Positions 59,552 to 64,000 of a stretch of DNA of 64,000 bases are shown one piece after another. A model generated the notes under the pieces. It saw only the letters and a list, made by a program, of their open reading frames with translations. It was not told the DNA's origin and did no database searches. Within the stretch, counting starts at the first letter, position 1; every line of letters starts with the position of its first letter. The position numbers and the translations under genes were made by a program. Source of the DNA: a virus (lineage: Duplodnaviria; Caudoviricetes); the IMG/VR virus record IMGVR_UViG_3300011008_000012, positions 1 through 64,000 of that record; one strand, written 5' to 3'.

Positions 59552-61466
59552 ACTGAAACTGTCAAAGGACTTTGAACGGTGTCTTGAAGAACTGAAAAAG
59601 AAATATGGTGAGGACTTTGAGTATATCAACGGTCTTCATCCAAGCCAGCTCGATTTCTCGGAGTTCATTGAGAACTTCGTTGATCACGAAACTGTGGCCG
59701 ACGCGAGCATCGATCCAAATGCGAATGTGAGTCATAAGGATATCCGCAGCTTTATGACGGAGAAAGCAAAGAGCGAGGACAAGCTCTTTGGATTAAATAA
59801 GATCTTTATGACAATCAAGAAGCAGTGGGGACTTCGCACAGCGAAACAATGGCTTGAGCAGGAATTCAGCAAGGGGTTTTACCTTAACGATAGTACAACA
59901 GCAAGTTATTTCCCGTACTGTTGGGCAAATGATTTCACAAGGCTCGCCAAGGAAGGGCTTTTCTTCCTCGGTAATTACAACAACGAGGCTCCAAAGCACC
60001 TTACAACATATTTCGATGATGTGATCGAGTTCGTTTCCTTCCTGTCAAACCGCCAGAGCGGAGCAGTTGGGATGCCCAATGTACTGATTTGGGCATGGTA
60101 CTTCTGGAAGAAGGATGTTGAGAACGGATACTTCATGAAAGATCCGGATTACTACCTTCGCCAGCAGTATCAGAAGCTGATCTATCGTCTTAACCAACCA
60201 TTCCTAAGGATAGATCAATCAGCCTTTACTAATATTTCGATCTTCGATCATCCATATCTCGAATCGCTGTTCGGAGGCGTGGAGTTCCCGGACGGCACTT
60301 TCGCCATTGACCACATCAACGATCTGATCGAAGCGCAGAAGATATTTATGGATGTAGTCAGCGAGATTCGTGAGACCAATATGTTCACATATCCGGTTTT
60401 AACATACTCACTGCTCTATCAGAACGGGAAATTCGTAGACGAAGAGTTCGCCAGATGGTGCTCCAACCATAACATTAGATGGTCTGACAGCAACTTCTTC
60501 GTCAGCGACAATGTTGGCGTCTTATCAAACTGCTGCCGCCTGTTATCAGATACGAAAAAGCTCGATGCGTTTATCAACTCCATCGGCGGTACAGCGCTGT
60601 CTGTCGGTTCCTGCCGCGTCAGCACTATCAATCTCGTGCGAATTGCCTATGAGAGCGGATTTAACCGCAAGAAGTATCTGAACATCCTTCGTGATCGCGT
60701 GACCCTTGACTGTAAAGCACTGTTTTCCATGCGGCACATCATCAAGCGAAACATTGAGAAGGGGCTTTTGCCTAACTACCAGGACGGAGCTGTCGAGCTT
60801 GACAAGCAGTTCTGTACAATCGGCGGTATCGGTATGTATGAGGTCATGGATCTGTTTGGCCTGATCGATACAGACGTTCTTGGCAATAAGTTTTATTCTG
60901 AAGCCGCTGTTGAATTCGCAACCGAGATTCTTGATGTGATGAACGAAGTGAAAGATAATTTCGATTGTGACTTTTCTTTCAATATCGAAATGATACCGGC
61001 GGAAAACTGCGCTGGCGTGATCTGCCAAGCGGACAATCTCCTGTTCGAGCAGAACAAGTACTTTATATATTCGAATCAGTGGATTCCGCTGATGGAGAAA
61101 TGCACAATCCAAGAGAAGTGTAGGCTTGGTTCTCTGTTCGATAAGAAGTGCGGCGGAGGTTGTATCGCCCATATCAACATCGAGAACAGATTTCAGAATG
61201 AAGAAACCGCGTGGGATATGCTGAACTATGTAGCGTCCCACGGGGTTATTTATTTCGCTTTCACCACGAAGATCAGCGTTTGCGAAGACAAGCACGCATT
61301 CATCGGTATGAACACATGCCCAAAATGCGGTAAACCGGTGTCTGATACATATGCAAGAGTCGTCGGGTTTTACACGCCAGTCAGCAGTTATCAGCGAATT
61401 CGTAAGAATGAGTTCGATAAACGACGCTGGATAGACGTTTTGGCGAACGACGGAGTCATGAAGTGA
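59541..61466 (+). CDS. nrdD: anaerobic ribonucleoside-triphosphate reductase
   Basis: QSGA, SNCCRL, IPAE, CPKCG, RVVGFY. Confidence 0.9.
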   Translation: MNIELKLSKDFERCLEELKKKYGEDFEYINGLHPSQLDFSEFIENFVDHETVADASIDPNANVSHKDIRSFMTEKAKSEDKLFGLNKIFMTIKKQWGLRTAKQWLEQEFSKGFYLNDSTTASYFPYCWANDFTRLAKEGLFFLGNYNNEAPKHLTTYFDDVIEFVSFLSNRQSGAVGMPNVLIWAWYFWKKDVENGYFMKDPDYYLRQQYQKLIYRLNQPFLRIDQSAFTNISIFDHPYLESLFGGVEFPDGTFAIDHINDLIEAQKIFMDVVSEIRETNMFTYPVLTYSLLYQNGKFVDEEFARWCSNHNIRWSDSNFFVSDNVGVLSNCCRLLSDTKKLDAFINSIGGTALSVGSCRVSTINLVRIAYESGFNRKKYLNILRDRVTLDCKALFSMRHIIKRNIEKGLLPNYQDGAVELDKQFCTIGGIGMYEVMDLFGLIDTDVLGNKFYSEAAVEFATEILDVMNEVKDNFDCDFSFNIEMIPAENCAGVICQADNLLFEQNKYFIYSNQWIPLMEKCTIQEKCRLGSLFDKKCGGGCIAHINIENRFQNEETAWDMLNYVASHGVIYFAFTTKISVCEDKHAFIGMNTCPKCGKPVSDTYARVVGFYTPVSSYQRIRKNEFDKRRWIDVLANDGVMK

Positions 61467-61948
61467 TCGTCAAAGACATTGTAATTGAGGATTTCGTCAA
61501 CTACAGATTGCCATCCATGTTTATCATCAGCTCAAAATGCGACTGGAAGTGCTGTAGAGAGCAGGGCTTGGATATCAGTATATGTCAGAACGCAGATCTT
61601 GCTCTATCTAAGCCTCGTGATGTTTCCGACGACACTATATTAAATATGTATAGGTCAAATGATATTACAAAGGCCGTCGTTATCGGCGGCCTTGAACCCT
61701 TATTGCAGGCGGATGAAGTTTTGGAACTGGTACGAACCTTTCGTAAGCACGGAGAGATGTGTGATTTCGTTATTTACACAGGATACTATCCGGAGGAAAT
61801 TACCGAGTCTTTTATGACCGCCTTACAGGAATTCGGAAACATCATTATTAAGTTTGGGCGCTACATTCCCAATATAAAGCCAATATTTGACGATGTGCTT
61901 GGCGTCCAACTCGCATCCGAAAATCAATTCGCAAGGAAGATTAGCTGA
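61463..61948 (+). CDS. nrdG: anaerobic RNR activating enzyme-like radical SAM protein
   Basis: CDWKC..CQN, GGLEP, IYTGY, KFGRY, LASENQ. Confidence 0.78.
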   Translation: MIVKDIVIEDFVNYRLPSMFIISSKCDWKCCREQGLDISICQNADLALSKPRDVSDDTILNMYRSNDITKAVVIGGLEPLLQADEVLELVRTFRKHGEMCDFVIYTGYYPEEITESFMTALQEFGNIIIKFGRYIPNIKPIFDDVLGVQLASENQFARKIS

Positions 61949-62136
61949 TGAAAATCAAAATGACAGAGAATCATGAGCATCGGGAGAAAATTCTCGACGC
62001 TCTTCGCAAAAATGACGGATATTGCCCCTGCGCTCTTGAAAAAGTGCCAGAGACGAAGTGTATGTGTAAAGACTTCAAAGATATGAAGTCAGGGACTTGC
62101 CATTGCGGCCTTTATATCAAGGAGGTTTCAGATTGA
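61948..62136 (+). CDS. ferredoxin-thioredoxin reductase catalytic-like small protein
   Basis: GYCPC, CMC, CHCGLY. Confidence 0.75.
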   Translation: MKIKMTENHEHREKILDALRKNDGYCPCALEKVPETKCMCKDFKDMKSGTCHCGLYIKEVSD

Positions 62137-62277
62137 CGTGCTGTAAGAACGACAGTTGTCCGTTCGATGATTGTGAGCGTAGCTATAAGAACTACGGAGG
62201 CAACATCGATGATATGTTCGTCACAAATTTTTTCAGTACATGCGACAGGTACATGAAATATCTCGCGGAGAAGATCA

Positions 62278-62460
62278 ATGGGAATACAGAAAAAACCTGA
62301 CAGAGATTATGTTAGGGAGGTTCAGAAGCAACTGAAACAAAACAGCGGCTACTGCCCAAGCCGCCTTGAACGGAATGCAGACACAAAATGTATCTGCAAA
62401 GAGTTCAGAGAGCAGGACAGCGGCATGTGCCGCTGTGGGCTCTACATAAAAAATAGGTGA
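62278..62460 (+). CDS. second FTR-like small protein with variant motifs
   Basis: GYCPS, CIC, CRCGLY. Confidence 0.65.
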   Translation: MGIQKKPDRDYVREVQKQLKQNSGYCPSRLERNADTKCICKEFREQDSGMCRCGLYIKNR

Positions 62461-62571
62461 TACATACTTCCTAGTATTCATGTTTGTCATGTACCTTGTC
62501 TCGATTGCGTTTGTGTTCAACAACAATATGACACCACGAAATTAAATCATCTTTACACAAGGGGATTATGA

Positions 62572-63096
62572 ATGAATAGACGAATAGCTCAATTTGAAAA
62601 GGTAAGTTTTGATCAGTGGGTTACTGATATGAAAACACATCAGCCCGATTGTTGCAGTGACAAGTCTCAACTTAAATACCTATACGACATCATTCAGCTA
62701 CCAACCCGCGCCACAAGGGGGTCATCTGGTTACGATTTTAGGGCGCCATTCCCGTTTTCTCTCGAAGCAGGTGAGAGCATCGTTATTCCTACTGGCATAC
62801 GATGCTGGATAAACGACGAATGGTGGCTTATGTGTATGCCAAAGAGCGGCCAAGGATTCAAGTACAGAGTCCAGTTAGACAACACTGTCGGCAATATCGA
62901 TAGTGATTATTACGGCTCGGAAAAGAACGAGGGGCACATCATCGCAAAGCTTACAAATGATGGCCGGGAAGGGAAGAAGATGGAAGTGATGCGTGGCGAT
63001 GGTTATATGCAAGGCGTCTTTACTGTATACGGCATCACTATTGATGATGAGGCTGACGGTATAAGAAACGGCGGTTTTGGAAGCACGGGCAAATAA
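62572..63096 (+). CDS. dut: trimeric dUTPase
   Basis: SGYDF, IPTGI, PKSG, GNIDSDYY, RNGGFGSTG. Confidence 0.92.
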   Translation: MNRRIAQFEKVSFDQWVTDMKTHQPDCCSDKSQLKYLYDIIQLPTRATRGSSGYDFRAPFPFSLEAGESIVIPTGIRCWINDEWWLMCMPKSGQGFKYRVQLDNTVGNIDSDYYGSEKNEGHIIAKLTNDGREGKKMEVMRGDGYMQGVFTVYGITIDDEADGIRNGGFGSTGK

Positions 63097-63113
63097 TACA
63101 CATCTGGAGGAGT

Positions 63114-63139
63114 GGGGCGGGATTCCGCCCCTTTTTTTT
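63114..63139 (+). terminator. intrinsic terminator
   Basis: ggggcgg..ccgcccc + T8. Confidence 0.85.
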
Positions 63140-63460
63140 ATTATGCAATACGAAAAAATTGCGCGCGGACGACGCGCAGATTGCCTTTATCGACGAGACG
63201 CAAGCGGAGTGCTTTGTGCTTCAAGGCTAGTTCCGCACGAAGGAATGAGACTATATGAGATCAGAGCAACATACGCAAAACAACTCAACGATAGCACATA
63301 CTACACACTTGCCAAAAACCACATCGAAGCGATAGCATACTTCAAAGACAACTACCCATGGATCAGTATTATAAGGGATGTGCTCGAAGTGAAGTCACAA
63401 CAAGAGGCGGATAATATTCTGACCGATATATACCGTATGCCGATACACTGTGTGTAAACT

Positions 63461-63652
63461 ATGGACAGAAACGATAAGCTATTGACATGTAAAGACCTGC
63501 AACATATACTTAATATGGGAAGAGGAAGGGTATATGAGTTGCTCAAATCAGATTGCTTCCCAACTATACATATTAATAATAGAATGTATGTAAGAGAGAC
63601 AAGGCTCCGTGAGTGGATGCTAGCATACGAAGGAAGGAAGTACGTTTTATAA
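63461..63652 (+). CDS. excisionase-like HTH protein
   Basis: LLTCKDLQHILNMGRGRVYELL..FP..L.EW; adjacent to the att site. Confidence 0.8.
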   Translation: MDRNDKLLTCKDLQHILNMGRGRVYELLKSDCFPTIHINNRMYVRETRLREWMLAYEGRKYVL

Positions 63653-63656
63653 TGAC

Positions 63657-63930
63657 ATAGTGTACAGATAGTGTACATTTTGTCAGTATAGAGCCAATAC
63701 TATACTGCAACGCAGTTGATTATAAGCGTTTCACGACGGTCTCCAAAACCGTAGGCCGAGGGTTCGAAACCTTCTTCCCCTGCCAAATTTCCACCAAATT
63801 TCGTAAGAAATGCGGTGGATTTTTGTTATCTTTGTACAAATTATTAGCTTTTTGATGATGTCTCTTTACTTCTTTTTGAACATCCTGTAAACTAATGTAC
63901 CAGTTAGTAGTGTACATTATAGTGTACAGA
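63657..63930 (+). other. attP-like site: 3' part of tRNA-Trp (63736-63785) flanked by TAGTGTACA arm repeats
   Basis: acggt-ctccaaa-accgt..ggttcgaaacc..cccctgcca without a 5' half; paired tagtgtaca repeats at 63658/63669 and 63908/63920. Confidence 0.8.
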
Positions 63931-63970
63931 GCTCTCGAACTTCTACATATTTACTACACGAGGTGAGAAT

Positions 63971-64000
63971 ATGGCAGATAAACGTCGAGAAAAAGGTACA
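63971..64000 (+). CDS. probable integrase, 5' end only (truncated by the window)
   Basis: GAGGTG RBS, MADKRREKG start typical of an integrase arm-binding N-terminus, position next to the att site. Confidence 0.5.
   Translation, partial: MADKRREKGT

Noticed and set aside
63736-63785. Functional tRNA-Trp gene
   Set aside because: The 5' acceptor strand and D-arm are missing; interpreted as the att core.

Overview
This window is the early/middle, non-structural part of a large temperate phage, probably SPbeta-like and infecting a Clostridia/Bacillota host (inference from gene content and promoter/RBS style). Almost all genes are on the + strand, and no capsid or tail genes were recognised. It carries a replication module (ERF, SSB, PD-(D/E)XK nuclease, DnaB, primase, and a DnaE split by a group I intron with an HNH endonuclease). 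It also has nucleotide metabolism genes (NrdD/NrdG, ThyX-like, dNMP kinase, dUTPase, PhoH), an RNA-repair enzyme, NAD-salvage genes, about 10 tRNAs plus several tRNA-like RNAs, an IS21 inserted in a PAPS-reductase-like gene, and an attP-like site (3' part of tRNA-Trp) between an excisionase and the start of a probable integrase. The standout signal is one retron-type reverse transcriptase (17627-18766) served by four separate msr/msd-like ncRNA units (17293-17600, 18778-19103, 19110-19385, 20163-20366). Each unit has its own terminal inverted repeat, an unpaired G right after the 5' arm, a variable first hairpin, a shared TGCG-CTC-CGCA hairpin and a different cargo. This lies directly downstream of a Ubl/E2-like/JAB/E1 ubiquitin-like operon. 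A second notable structure is an array of small ORFs separated by a repeated ATGAAA-N6-TTTTAT motif that ends at a tyrosine recombinase. All family calls come from motif recognition by eye; no searches were run.
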